DNA of 64,000 bases. Origin: Deltaproteobacteria bacterium. Lineage in GTDB: Bacteria > Myxococcota_A > Polyangia > Polyangiales > Houyiibacteriaceae. Position numbers and translations under genes: made by a program. The stretch covers positions 128,001-192,000 of the forward strand of contig JAXMNT010000009.1 in the NCBI GenBank assembly GCA_034670305.1. Direction: 5' to 3'. How positions within the stretch are numbered: the stretch's first letter is position 1; each line of letters starts with the position of its first letter. The notes beneath the pieces were generated by a model. It made no database searches. It worked only from the letters and a program-made list of their open reading frames with translations, and had not been told where the DNA came from. Positions 1-9,166 of this stretch are shown here, in pieces.

Positions 1-1413
1 CCGCGAGGCGAGCGCGACGTCCCGCGCGCCGCCGCGTGCCAGCTCAGGCGCGACGTAGGCGGGCGTGCCCGCGAACGTGGACGCGCGGTGGCCCTTGGGC
101 TGCGCGAGTCCGAAGTCGACGACGCACACGCGGAACCCAGGTGCGAGCAAGACGTTGCTCGGCTTCACGTCGCCATGGGCGAATCCGGCCGAGTGCACAT
201 GCTCGAGCCCGGTGGCGACCTGTTCGACGATCGACAGTGTCCGCCAGAGTGGGATGTGGCCACGTTGGCGCCGCAACTCCTCTGCAATCGAGTAACCGGC
301 GATGTGTTCGAGGACCAGGTAGGGCGCGCCGTTGTGGCTGCCGGCGTGGAAGACCTCCACGATGTTGGGGTGGCTCAACGCCCGCAGCGCCAGCCACTCC
401 TCGAGCAGCCCCGACTGGGCCGACGCCGAGTGGGAGGTGAGGACTTTGACGGCGACGTCGCGATGGCTCTGTTGGTCCATCGCCAAGAACACCGTGCTCA
501 TCGCGCCGCTGCCAAGCCGAGCCCGCAGCCGGTAGCGACCATCGATCACGTCGTTGACCATGGCGGGATCGGGCGGAGGATGTTTCGAGGCGGGCAGGGT
601 GCCCACGTCCCACGCGCCGAGCGCATCGAACATCTCCCGGGCGGATTGGAAGCGGTGGCGCGGATCCTTGGCGAGTGCGCGGAGGAACCACCCGTCGAGC
701 TCCGTGGGCACATCGAAGTTCGCTGAAGGCGGCTCGCTGACGCCGGCCATCACGCGTTCGAGTGCCTCCGCGACGTTGGTGTGGTCGGGCAGCTCGATCG
801 GGTCCGATCCGGTGAGTGCGTAGTAGGCGATGGCGGCCGCGCCGTAGAGGTCGGAGCGCGGGTCGATCTGGTCGGAGAGGAACTGCTCTGGTGCCCAGTA
901 CGCGGGGACGGCGGCTTGCTTCTCCAGGGTGGATGCGTGGCCACCGATGAGCTGCAGACGCCCGAACCCGAGCAGACGGCTGGTGCCCGACTCCGGGTCC
1001 ACGAAGAAGACCTGAGGTTTGAGGTCGTGGTGTACGAAACCTTTTCCGTGGGCGTGCACGAGGGCCTGAAGAAGGCTGCCGATCCAGCGCTGGACTTCCT
1101 GCCACGGCCGCGGGCCAAGCGTGGAGATGGTCGTGCGCACGCTGTGCCCCGACACCGGACCGAGCACCATGTATGGAGGTTCCTGTTCGAGCTCGACCGC
1201 GTAGACCGGGATGAGGGAGGGGTGGTTGCTCCCGCCCAGGATCCGGGCCTCGCGCTCGAACCGCTTGAGTGCTCGGGCGTCGGCAACTGCCAACACGTTG
1301 AGGGTCACCGCCCTCCCAATTCGTTCGTCCCAACCTCGGTAGAGCGTGTAAGCGCTGTCTTCCTGGAGGATTTCAAGCCTCCGGTACCGCTCGCCGATAA
1401 GTCCCCGCTCCAC
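1..1413 (-). CDS. Tandem-domain Ser/Thr protein kinase (N-terminal degenerate kinase domain plus intact kinase domain); runs off the window start
   Basis: Not in the ORF track; translated by hand from GTG 1413 (VERGLIGERYRRLE...). Domain 1 has HHDLKPQ, GFG and YWAPEQ. Domain 2 has LGSGAMSTVF, VAVK, HPNIV, HGDVKPSN, DFG and GTPAYVAPE, in the same frame. Confidence 0.88.
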   Translation of the reverse strand, partial: MERGLIGERYRRLEILQEDSAYTLYRGWDERIGRAVTLNVLAVADARALKRFEREARILGGSNHPSLIPVYAVELEQEPPYMVLGPVSGHSVRTTISTLGPRPWQEVQRWIGSLLQALVHAHGKGFVHHDLKPQVFFVDPESGTSRLLGFGRLQLIGGHASTLEKQAAVPAYWAPEQFLSDQIDPRSDLYGAAAIAYYALTGSDPIELPDHTNVAEALERVMAGVSEPPSANFDVPTELDGWFLRALAKDPRHRFQSAREMFDALGAWDVGTLPASKHPPPDPAMVNDVIDGRYRLRARLGSGAMSTVFLAMDQQSHRDVAVKVLTSHSASAQSGLLEEWLALRALSHPNIVEVFHAGSHNGAPYLVLEHIAGYSIAEELRRQRGHIPLWRTLSIVEQVATGLEHVHSAGFAHGDVKPSNVLLAPGFRVCVVDFGLAQPKGHRASTFAGTPAYVAPELARGGARDVALASR

Positions 1414-1460
1414 GGTCGAACGGTACTGCACACCGCATGCCGTGATGCGCTGGCAGGTTG

Positions 1461-2447
1461 CTAGAACACCTGAGACCGGTATCCGATGGCTTTCTCGAAC
1501 ACCCGGGACACCAGCGGGGAAAGCAGCAAGTGCCGCATCTTCCACACCGGGCTGTGGCAGTCGGTGGGTTCGAGTTCGCCCGTCCAGAGTTCGGAGAGGG
1601 CGTCGGCCGCGTGCCCGGCGAACACTTCCAGCATCTCTGCTCCGAGTTCCGCGGTGGCGATGGCGGGGTCGCCGGCGAACGACTCCCGCTCGAAGTAGCG
1701 CAAGGTGTGTTTGAACGCGCGCAGCAGTCCCAAGAAGTTCGAGTCGTCGAGGGGTGCGACACCGCGCTCTTCGAGATCCCCGCCCACCGTCGTGCGCTTC
1801 AGGGACGTGTGTTTGGGATCCACGAAGCGCTTGAGCAGATGAAGCATCAGAGATGTCTCGACCGCGCCTCCGTGCGTGTCGCCTTCGAGCGCGCCCGGCT
1901 TCAGGCCTCCGCGGGTCCCGAGTACATCGGAGACGTCGGAGCTGCCGTCGGTCAAACGGGCCACCAAGAGCGAGAACATCGAGACCATGTGCACGCCGTA
2001 CTTCTTGTTCACGCGTTCGGCGGCGAGCTCGATCGGGACGAAGTGGCGGGGCCCGCCGTGGAAGCTGCCGACCCAGATGTGGTCGAAGCCCTGCACCGCG
2101 AGGCTGCGTCCGAGGTCTTCGAGAACGCGGACGATGGTGTCGGGTCGGAAAGCGACCGAGCCGGGCTGGGGCACGACGTCCGCGGCGACGTAGATGGGCG
2201 GGAGGTGGACGAAGGAGATGTCTGGGTGCCGATCGCAGAGCAGCTCCATCGTGCGGAGGCTGATGCCTTCGGCTTCCCAGTTGTCCGTGATGACCGGCAG
2301 GTGCGGGCCATGCACTTCGAGCGGGGAACAACTGACGATGGCCACCGTCCGCTTTCGATCCATCGCCTCGAAGTCGGCGCCGGTCAGGTACTGCCACTCC
2401 CGCACGCGTGCGGTGGTTTCCACGGTCTCGTAGTCCATGACGGGCAA
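1461..2447 (-). CDS. Creatininase (creatinine amidohydrolase) family protein
   Basis: Motifs PLEVHGPHLP..TD, FHGG and THGGAVETS match the family pattern. The start could be the downstream ATG (MDYETV). Confidence 0.8.
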   Translation of the reverse strand: MPVMDYETVETTARVREWQYLTGADFEAMDRKRTVAIVSCSPLEVHGPHLPVITDNWEAEGISLRTMELLCDRHPDISFVHLPPIYVAADVVPQPGSVAFRPDTIVRVLEDLGRSLAVQGFDHIWVGSFHGGPRHFVPIELAAERVNKKYGVHMVSMFSLLVARLTDGSSDVSDVLGTRGGLKPGALEGDTHGGAVETSLMLHLLKRFVDPKHTSLKRTTVGGDLEERGVAPLDDSNFLGLLRAFKHTLRYFERESFAGDPAIATAELGAEMLEVFAGHAADALSELWTGELEPTDCHSPVWKMRHLLLSPLVSRVFEKAIGYRSQVF

Positions 2448-2475
2448 TCTACGATGTTGGCACTGAGTGTCAACT

Positions 2476-2585
2476 CGGCGCCGACGCCGATGCCGAGGGC
2501 GAAGCCGATGCCGAAGCCGACGCAGAAGGCCTTGGCCGATGCCGAAGCCGGCTCCGATCCAGCCTCCGAAGCCGAAGCCCCCGAA
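2476..2585. repeat. Degenerate hexamer array (GCCGAA/GCCGAC/GCCGAT)
   Basis: Visible period-6 repeats in the intergenic region. Confidence 0.7.
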
Positions 2586-2589
2586 CCGA

Positions 2590-2643
2590 GGGCAAGGGCA
2601 CGGGCGAGGGCAAGGGCAAGGGCAGCTAGGCTTTGCCTAGCTG
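2590..2643 (-). terminator. Stop-codon hairpin plus (CCCTTG)n tract module, copy 1
   Basis: 9-bp inverted repeat CAGCTAGGC-TTT-GCCTAGCTG (2623-2643) contains the TAG stop of the upstream gene; six GGG tracts at 2590-2622 on the + strand. Terminator function is inferred. Confidence 0.5.
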
Positions 2644-3062
2644 AACGGGATGCTGGGGCGGGCGGCTTTGGCGGAGAGGGCGAGGCCGACGAGGGCGAGC
2701 ACTTCGCGCATGTCTTCGTCGTCGACGTTGCTTGCGAGGAACGCGGCCACCGCCGGTTCGGCTTCCGCGAACCGAGTCACCGCGTCGGGGCCTGCGGCTT
2801 CGTCCAGGTCGGCGAAGTCCACGTCGGGCAAGACCTCTTGCCCATGGTAGCGGCGAAAACACCGGGCGATGAGCTCGGCGTGAAAGGCGAGGTGAATCAC
2901 GGCCTCACCGCCCATCTTGGCGGCCTTCGCGGACAGGTATTGGCTGATGGCGGGCTGGGACTGAACGAAGTGCCCCACCGCCGCCTGCGCGAAGTTGGGG
3001 TTGGTCATCGCCTCCGATGTCTCACGAACGATTACTTCCACCAACGCTTCGGGGACCGACAT
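2637..3062 (-). CDS. Hypothetical protein (141 aa)
   Basis: Plausible helical globular protein with normal composition, divergent from ftsA. Confidence 0.75.
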   Translation of the reverse strand: MSVPEALVEVIVRETSEAMTNPNFAQAAVGHFVQSQPAISQYLSAKAAKMGGEAVIHLAFHAELIARCFRRYHGQEVLPDVDFADLDEAAGPDAVTRFAEAEPAVAAFLASNVDDEDMREVLALVGLALSAKAARPSIPFS

Positions 3063-3226
3063 GTCGACCAGCCTAGTGCAGGTCGTCTGTCCGTGTCTTC
3101 TGCCTTCGAAGCGGTGCGCGACGCCCTTTCAGGTGCCGAAACCGCAACGCACGAATTCGTTCATGCACTTTTTTTGTCCCCGCTGTGTGGCTTGTGTACT
3201 TGTCGAGGCAGGCGGTGAAAGACGGA

Positions 3227-4468
3227 ATGTCCCAAAACGACATCATTGCAGGGCTCGATCTCGGAACGACCAAAGTGTGCGCGGTCGTGGCGGAAGTCAC
3301 GGACGACGGACTCGACATCATCGGCATCGGCTCGGTGCCGAGCAAGGGTCTGAAGAAGGGCGTTGTCGTCAACATCGAGTCGACGGTTCAGTCGATCAAA
3401 GCGTGCATCGAGCAGGCGGGAACGATGGCCGGCGTCGAGATCAACTCGGTCTACATGGGCATCGCCGGAAGCCACGTGCGCGGCATGAACCAGGACGGCG
3501 TGGCCGCGATTCAAACCCGCGAGGTGACCCGCGAGGATCTCGAGCGTGTGCTCGAGCAGGCCAAGGCCATTCCCCTTCCGGGCGACCGTCAGGTCATCCA
3601 CGTGCTCCCCCAGGAGTACATCATCGACGACCAGGACGGCGTGCGCGAACCCATCGGGATGAGCGGTGTCCGGCTCGAGGCGCGCGTCCACATGGTGACC
3701 GCCGCGACCACCGCAATCACGAATCTCAAGAAGTGCGCCGAGCGCTGCGGACTCTACGTCAGCGATGTCGTGCTCCAGCCGCTCGCCAGCGCCAACGCGG
3801 TGCTCAGCGACGACGAAAAAGAAATCGGTGTCGCGCTCGTCGACATCGGCGGCGGGACGACGGACATCATTGTCTACGTGGATGGTGCCGTCGTGCACAC
3901 CAGCGTCATTCCCATCGGCGGCAAGAACCTCACGAGCGACATCGCGACGGGTCTTCGCACCCCGATGGCCGAAGCCGAGCGCATCAAGATCAAGTACGGC
4001 TGCGCCGCGACCGGCATGGTCGACGAAGACGAGACCATCGAAGTGCCCTCCGTGGGTGGACGTCCGCCGCGCGTGCTCGAACGCCGCGTGCTCTGCGACA
4101 TCATCGAACCCCGAGTCGAAGAGATTTTCCACGCCTGCCGCCACGTCATCGTGGAGACCGGCTACGCAGACATGCTCGCGTCCGGCGTCGTCATCACGGG
4201 TGGCACCACGCTGCTCGACGGAATGCCCGAACACGCCGAGTCCATCCTTGGACTCCAGGTTCGGCGCGGCGCACCCACCGGCATCGGCGGTCTCATCGAT
4301 GTCGTTCGTTCACCCGCCTACGCAACCGCGGTCGGCCTGGTGAAGTACGGCGCGGCACATCTTGAGCGGGCTCCCGAGCCCGTGTACCCGGAGGAAGAAG
4401 TCTCCGAGGTACGTTCGAAAGCGGGCTTTGGCAGCCGTATTGGCGCCTGGTTCCGCGAAGTATTCTGA
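3227..4468 (+). CDS. ftsA: Cell division protein FtsA
   Basis: [34 protein letters not shown] and YATAVGL motifs; ATG at 3227. Confidence 0.97.
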   Translation: MSQNDIIAGLDLGTTKVCAVVAEVTDDGLDIIGIGSVPSKGLKKGVVVNIESTVQSIKACIEQAGTMAGVEINSVYMGIAGSHVRGMNQDGVAAIQTREVTREDLERVLEQAKAIPLPGDRQVIHVLPQEYIIDDQDGVREPIGMSGVRLEARVHMVTAATTAITNLKKCAERCGLYVSDVVLQPLASANAVLSDDEKEIGVALVDIGGGTTDIIVYVDGAVVHTSVIPIGGKNLTSDIATGLRTPMAEAERIKIKYGCAATGMVDEDETIEVPSVGGRPPRVLERRVLCDIIEPRVEEIFHACRHVIVETGYADMLASGVVITGGTTLLDGMPEHAESILGLQVRRGAPTGIGGLIDVVRSPAYATAVGLVKYGAAHLERAPEPVYPEEEVSEVRSKAGFGSRIGAWFREVF

Positions 4469-4590
4469 GTTTTTGGCGCGGATGTTCCGTGCCGAAGAAG
4501 AGTGTGAAAACGGCGTGTGATGGGCGAATCACACGATCCGTACAAGCGAATAGCGCAGGGGCAACCGGCCCCACCCGGAGGGAAATTCAC

Positions 4591-5811
4591 ATGGCCATCT
4601 CGATCGACTTCGCGGACGACGCGGATCTGTGCGCACGCATCAAAGTGGTGGGCGTCGGGGGTAGCGGCGGCAACGCGTTGAACACGATGATCCAGAGTGG
4701 TCTGGAGGGCGTGGAGTTCATTGCTGCCAACACGGACGCGCAAGCGCTCGAAAGCAACCTCGCACCCGTACGTATTCAACTCGGTCCGCAGCTGACCAAG
4801 GGACTGGGAGCGGGCGGCAACCCCGACCATGGGCGCAAGGCTGCGCTCGAAGACGTGCAACGGATCGCGGAAACGCTGGAAGGCGCGGACATGGTCTTCA
4901 TCACCGCAGGTATGGGCGGAGGCACCGGAACGGGTGCGGCGCCGATCCTTGCGCAGATCGCACGCGACCAGGGTGCGTTGACGGTGGGTGTCGTGACCAA
5001 GCCGTTCCTCTTCGAGGGACGACGCCGCAGCAAGAACGCGGAGCGAGGCATTCTCGAACTCGGCGACGCGGTGGACAGCATCATCACGATTCCGAACCAG
5101 AAGCTTTTGTGTCTGGGACAAGACGACATCACGATGCTCGACGCGTTTCAGCGCGCCGACGACGTGCTGCTCCAAGCGGTGCAGGGCATCAGTGATCTCA
5201 TCACGACGCACGGCATGATCAACGTCGACTTCGCGGACGTGCGCACCATCATGAGCAGCCAGGGACGCGCGCTCATGGGCAGCGGCTACGCACGGGGTGA
5301 AACCCGCGCGCTCGACGCCGCCGAGACGGCGATCAACTCGCCGCTTCTCGACGACATCAGCGTGGAAGGTGCGCGAGGCATCCTCATCAACTTCACGGCG
5401 GGTCCGGATGTGGGCCTCCGCGAGATCGAAGCTGCGGCCAGCCTGATTCAACAGGCCGCCCACGAAGACGCCGAGATCATCTTCGGTCTGGTGACGGACC
5501 CGGACATGACCGACGTCATCAAGGTGACGGTCATCGCCACGGGCTTCGACGACCTCGACGAGCAGGTCGCGATCACCGAGCCGGCGCGGGCCACACTCCC
5601 GCTCGGGACGATGCGCGGCAAGAAGCGCCCGTCGCGGACGGGGTACCGAACCGAGTCGCGCGAGCAAGCGCGCCCGGTGCGCCGACAGAACGAGACCGGA
5701 CGCGAAGCGCCGGCGCCTGCCCCGGCGGGAACCCGTGCCTTCGGTGCGAGCGCGCTGCACGACGAGGCGGTGCTCGACATCCCTGCCTACCTGCGCCGCG
5801 ACAACAGCTGA
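4591..5811 (+). CDS. ftsZ: Cell division protein FtsZ
   Basis: [25 protein letters not shown] tubulin signature, INVDFADV, C-terminal [13 protein letters not shown] upstream of ATG 4591. Confidence 0.98.
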   Translation: MAISIDFADDADLCARIKVVGVGGSGGNALNTMIQSGLEGVEFIAANTDAQALESNLAPVRIQLGPQLTKGLGAGGNPDHGRKAALEDVQRIAETLEGADMVFITAGMGGGTGTGAAPILAQIARDQGALTVGVVTKPFLFEGRRRSKNAERGILELGDAVDSIITIPNQKLLCLGQDDITMLDAFQRADDVLLQAVQGISDLITTHGMINVDFADVRTIMSSQGRALMGSGYARGETRALDAAETAINSPLLDDISVEGARGILINFTAGPDVGLREIEAAASLIQQAAHEDAEIIFGLVTDPDMTDVIKVTVIATGFDDLDEQVAITEPARATLPLGTMRGKKRPSRTGYRTESREQARPVRRQNETGREAPAPAPAGTRAFGASALHDEAVLDIPAYLRRDNS

Positions 5812-5833
5812 GCGGTTCCGGTTCTGCGACGAG

Positions 5834-5860
5834 GGCCCTGCGCATGGCGCAGGGCCTTTT
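5834..5860 (+). terminator. Intrinsic terminator after ftsZ
   Basis: GGCCCTGCGC-ATG-GCGCAGGGCC followed by TTTT. Confidence 0.8.
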
Positions 5861-5896
5861 GTCGTCCGTCGCCCGGAGGTCGGCGGTTCGGTCGGG

Positions 5897-6310
5897 TCAG
5901 ATGGTCTGGCGCTTTTGCGCCGCGAGCAATGCGGCCAGCGCTTCTTCGCGCGTCGGGAAGACGTTGTCTTCCGCGCCGTGGATCACGCGGCTTGTGGCGA
6001 TCGACGTCAGCGTTTTTCGGTCGCCGCCGTATCGGTACGAGTGCACGATGAACTTCTGGAGAATGCGGCAGCGTGCTTCGCCAAACGACCGCGCGGCCCG
6101 TGCCTGGACCCGCAACCCAGCGAGGCCGATCAAGAGCCAGACCCGGCTGCCCATCGCGGCGAGTTCGCCGCTGATGCGTTCTTCCCAGACGGTGACGTCC
6201 CCGACGCCTTCGAGGGCACACCCCGTGAAGGTCGCCTCCACGAACCCTTCGGGGTGCGGAACGAACAACACATCCCAGGCCGGAGCGGTCATGGATGGGT
6301 CGCCTCGCAT
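5897..6310 (-). CDS. Small STAS/SEC14-like hypothetical protein
   Basis: Alpha/beta pattern with LLIGLAGL and a C-terminal VFPTREEALAAL, typical of myxobacterial STAS/SEC14-like proteins; alternative start 6292. Confidence 0.6.
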   Translation of the reverse strand: MRGDPSMTAPAWDVLFVPHPEGFVEATFTGCALEGVGDVTVWEERISGELAAMGSRVWLLIGLAGLRVQARAARSFGEARCRILQKFIVHSYRYGGDRKTLTSIATSRVIHGAEDNVFPTREEALAALLAAQKRQTI

Positions 6311-6407
6311 CGCAGGGTCGTGTTCCGCGACATGTGCACACGATCACCGAACCCCGCGGATCGATCAAGACCCCTCACCTCTGTGTCAGTCCCTTCCCGT
6401 CACGCGG

Positions 6408-7895
6408 TCATGCGAGGTCGGCGATGATCAGCGCCAGTGCGATGAGCACCGGGACCGCGATCGACAGCACGAAGGTCACGAACACCGACCCGACCCCACC
6501 GCCTGTCGGCACTGGATCGGGCGCCGGTTCGCGCAGGTCGAGCGCGGTGTCGTGCACCCGTCTCGTGAGCGCGTCCCGTTTCAACTTCGCCGCCGCGCGG
6601 GCGCCCATCACGCCCACCGGAAGGAACAGAAGGAAGAACGCGAAGAAGGTCAGGAACGTGGCCGGGAAGGGCGAGAGCGTCAGTTCGTATTGGCCGAGCT
6701 GGTACATCGACAGCCCGAGCTGGTCGTCGCTCATCTCCGCGATGCCGTTGGACGGCGCAGGGCAGAAGTAGCTCGGTCCGTTGGACGAGTATTCGCCGGG
6801 TCCCGTTTGGGTCCAGTGCGTGAACACCCGCCACGGCCCATGGCAGTCGTCGCAGAGTTTGGGGCACACCACGTGGCCGGGCGCACCCATGATCGGGTCC
6901 ATGTCGAACGCGCAACGCGGAATGAGCGCCAGCACCGAGAGGACGAGCGCGTAGAACGGCACCCGTTTCATCGGACCACGCAGCAGCGCGATGCCGGTGG
7001 GCACCGCGTCTCGCTGTTTGGCGAGATCCATCATGCCGGCGCGGAGGAACGCGCGCCGCGCCTTGGGGGCGAGGTCTTCCTGGGCGAGCCGTTCGAGGGT
7101 CGGCTGCTCGCCGTACAGGGCGATCATCTGGCGAAGCTCTGGCTCGACGTCGCGCCCGGAGACCTCCATCGCGTGCAGCCTCAGGCGGGCGGCGGTTGCT
7201 TCGTGACTCGAGTGCCAAGGAATGTCGGCCGCGTAGGTGCCGAGCACGCCGAGTGCGGCGCTCGGGTTTCGGCGGGCGAGGTGCAGTCGCGCGAGCGGCT
7301 CGCGGTAAGCGCTGTCGAGCTCCAGCACTTCGGCCGCCGGATCGCACTCGGAGAGCCAACCCTCCGCCGCGTCGAGGTCTCCGGCGCGGAGTGCTTCGGA
7401 GGCCAACCGGCAACGCACCAGATGCTGAAATCCGGGATCCGTCACGCGCTCGAGTGCGCTGCCGAGCGCCGCGCGGGCTTCGGCTGGTTTCGCTTCTTCG
7501 ATGCGCGCCGACGCGACCGCGAACGCGAGCCAGATCAGTGACCGTTGTTCCTCCACGCTGCCCGGTGGACGCGCTTTCACCCGCTTCCATTCGGCGTCCA
7601 GCCACGCCGGTTCCAGCATCGATGCGTCGCCCGTGAAGCCGAGCGGCGGCCGGCTCAAGTCGTAGGCATGCCCCGAGATGGGCGACGACTTCTGCGCGGC
7701 CAGCCGACTGAGCCGCGCGACTTCGTCGGCGGCGGAGGGCGGGGGCCGGTGGGCGCGCGTTCGCTCGGTGAGCCGGTTCACCGTGCCGCAGAACGTACAG
7801 GTGACTTCGCCCGCGGCACGCGTCTCCGTGGTGACGGGGGCACCGCACTGCTGGCACTCCAGCGCACGGATCTGGATGTCGAACGCCGTCTTCAT
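6408..7895 (-). CDS. Membrane protein with N-terminal zinc ribbon, helical (TPR-like) region and C-terminal TM segments
   Basis: CQQC...CTFC, Ala/Leu-rich helices, about three hydrophobic segments and a Cys-containing loop. Confidence 0.7.
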   Translation of the reverse strand: MKTAFDIQIRALECQQCGAPVTTETRAAGEVTCTFCGTVNRLTERTRAHRPPPSAADEVARLSRLAAQKSSPISGHAYDLSRPPLGFTGDASMLEPAWLDAEWKRVKARPPGSVEEQRSLIWLAFAVASARIEEAKPAEARAALGSALERVTDPGFQHLVRCRLASEALRAGDLDAAEGWLSECDPAAEVLELDSAYREPLARLHLARRNPSAALGVLGTYAADIPWHSSHEATAARLRLHAMEVSGRDVEPELRQMIALYGEQPTLERLAQEDLAPKARRAFLRAGMMDLAKQRDAVPTGIALLRGPMKRVPFYALVLSVLALIPRCAFDMDPIMGAPGHVVCPKLCDDCHGPWRVFTHWTQTGPGEYSSNGPSYFCPAPSNGIAEMSDDQLGLSMYQLGQYELTLSPFPATFLTFFAFFLLFLPVGVMGARAAAKLKRDALTRRVHDTALDLREPAPDPVPTGGGVGSVFVTFVLSIAVPVLIALALIIADLA

Positions 7896-7959
7896 TCGAT
7901 CACCCTATCTGGAACCCGGCCTCTCTGGAAACGCCGTCTGTTCCTCAACCCAGCACGCC

Positions 7960-9138
7960 TCAACCGAGGATCATCGTCTCGGCCAGCAGTTCACCGCGTT
8001 CGTAGCGCCGCAGGTTCCAGCGGTCGAAGAGCGCATCTTCGGCGCCGACCATGATGTGCCGCGCCATGAGTTCGCCCATGATGGGCGCCATCATGAAGCC
8101 GTGGCCCATGAATCCGCTGAGCTGCAGGAATCCGTCCAGCTGATCGACGGGCCCGACGATCGGGTTGCCGTCTGGGGTGAGGTCGTAGCAGCCCGCCCAC
8201 TGTCGCAGGACCCGCACCGAGCCGAGGCGCGGCACCGCTCGGGTCAGCGCGCGCGCGTACTTCGCGAGAAAGAGAAGCGAACTCTCCTGGGAGATGCCTT
8301 CGGGCACCTGTTCGTTCGAGATGCCCCCCACGATCTCACCGCGCATGGATTGACTGAAGTAGAGCCCGGTGGCGAGCTCCGCGACCAGCGGCCGCAGGAA
8401 GGGCTTGAGCGGTTCGGTGGAGCAGATCTCATGGCGATGGGGCCAGTTGGGAAGCGACACGTCCACCAGGCGCGCCACCTCGGGGCTCCACGCGCCGCTC
8501 GCGTTGACGATGAGGTTGGTCTCGATCCGGCCCTGGTCGGTGACCGCGGCGGTGACCGCTCGACCGTTGGTCTCGATGGCCGTCAGCTCGGTGAACGGGA
8601 AGATCCCCGCACCGAGTTTTGCGGCGCCCGCGGCGTAGCCCCACACGAAGGGCCACGGGAACACGACGCCGTCGTCCGGGCTGTAGCTCGCGACCTCGAG
8701 GTCCTCCACGTTCAGGTCGGGGACCACCGCCCGCGTCTCGGCCGCATCGATGAGTCGCGTGGTGAGCCCATGTTCGTTCTGCAGCTGCACACTTCGTTCG
8801 AGTTGCTCGGCGCGGTCGGGCGTCCGGGCCAAGAAGAGGTATCCGCCGCGGCGAAACCAGACGTTGATCCGCATCTTGGTCGCGAACTCGGCGCACTTTT
8901 CGAGCGAGCGCTTCATGAGCGCGATGTTCGTCTCGCTGGACCACTGGGCCCGGACGCCGCCGCCGTTGCGGCCCGACGCCCCGCTGCAGAGGTAGCCCTT
9001 CTCGAGCACCACGACCTTCTTCATGCCCATCTCGGCGAGGTGGAAGGCGGTGGACAAACCCATGATGCCGCCACCGACGATCACCGCATCGGCGGCGGAC
9101 GGGAGTTCGTCCGAAGTACGGGTGACCCGCTCGCTCAT
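7960..9138 (-). CDS. FAD-dependent oxidoreductase, sarcosine oxidase beta / dye-linked proline dehydrogenase beta-like (DAO family)
   Basis: VIVGGGIMG, GASGRNGGG, WAG.YDLTPDGNPIVG and GFMGHGFM motifs. Confidence 0.88.
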   Translation of the reverse strand: MSERVTRTSDELPSAADAVIVGGGIMGLSTAFHLAEMGMKKVVVLEKGYLCSGASGRNGGGVRAQWSSETNIALMKRSLEKCAEFATKMRINVWFRRGGYLFLARTPDRAEQLERSVQLQNEHGLTTRLIDAAETRAVVPDLNVEDLEVASYSPDDGVVFPWPFVWGYAAGAAKLGAGIFPFTELTAIETNGRAVTAAVTDQGRIETNLIVNASGAWSPEVARLVDVSLPNWPHRHEICSTEPLKPFLRPLVAELATGLYFSQSMRGEIVGGISNEQVPEGISQESSLLFLAKYARALTRAVPRLGSVRVLRQWAGCYDLTPDGNPIVGPVDQLDGFLQLSGFMGHGFMMAPIMGELMARHIMVGAEDALFDRWNLRRYERGELLAETMILG

Positions 9139-9166
9139 GGGCGCTTCGCCCTAGGGAAGATCTGTC

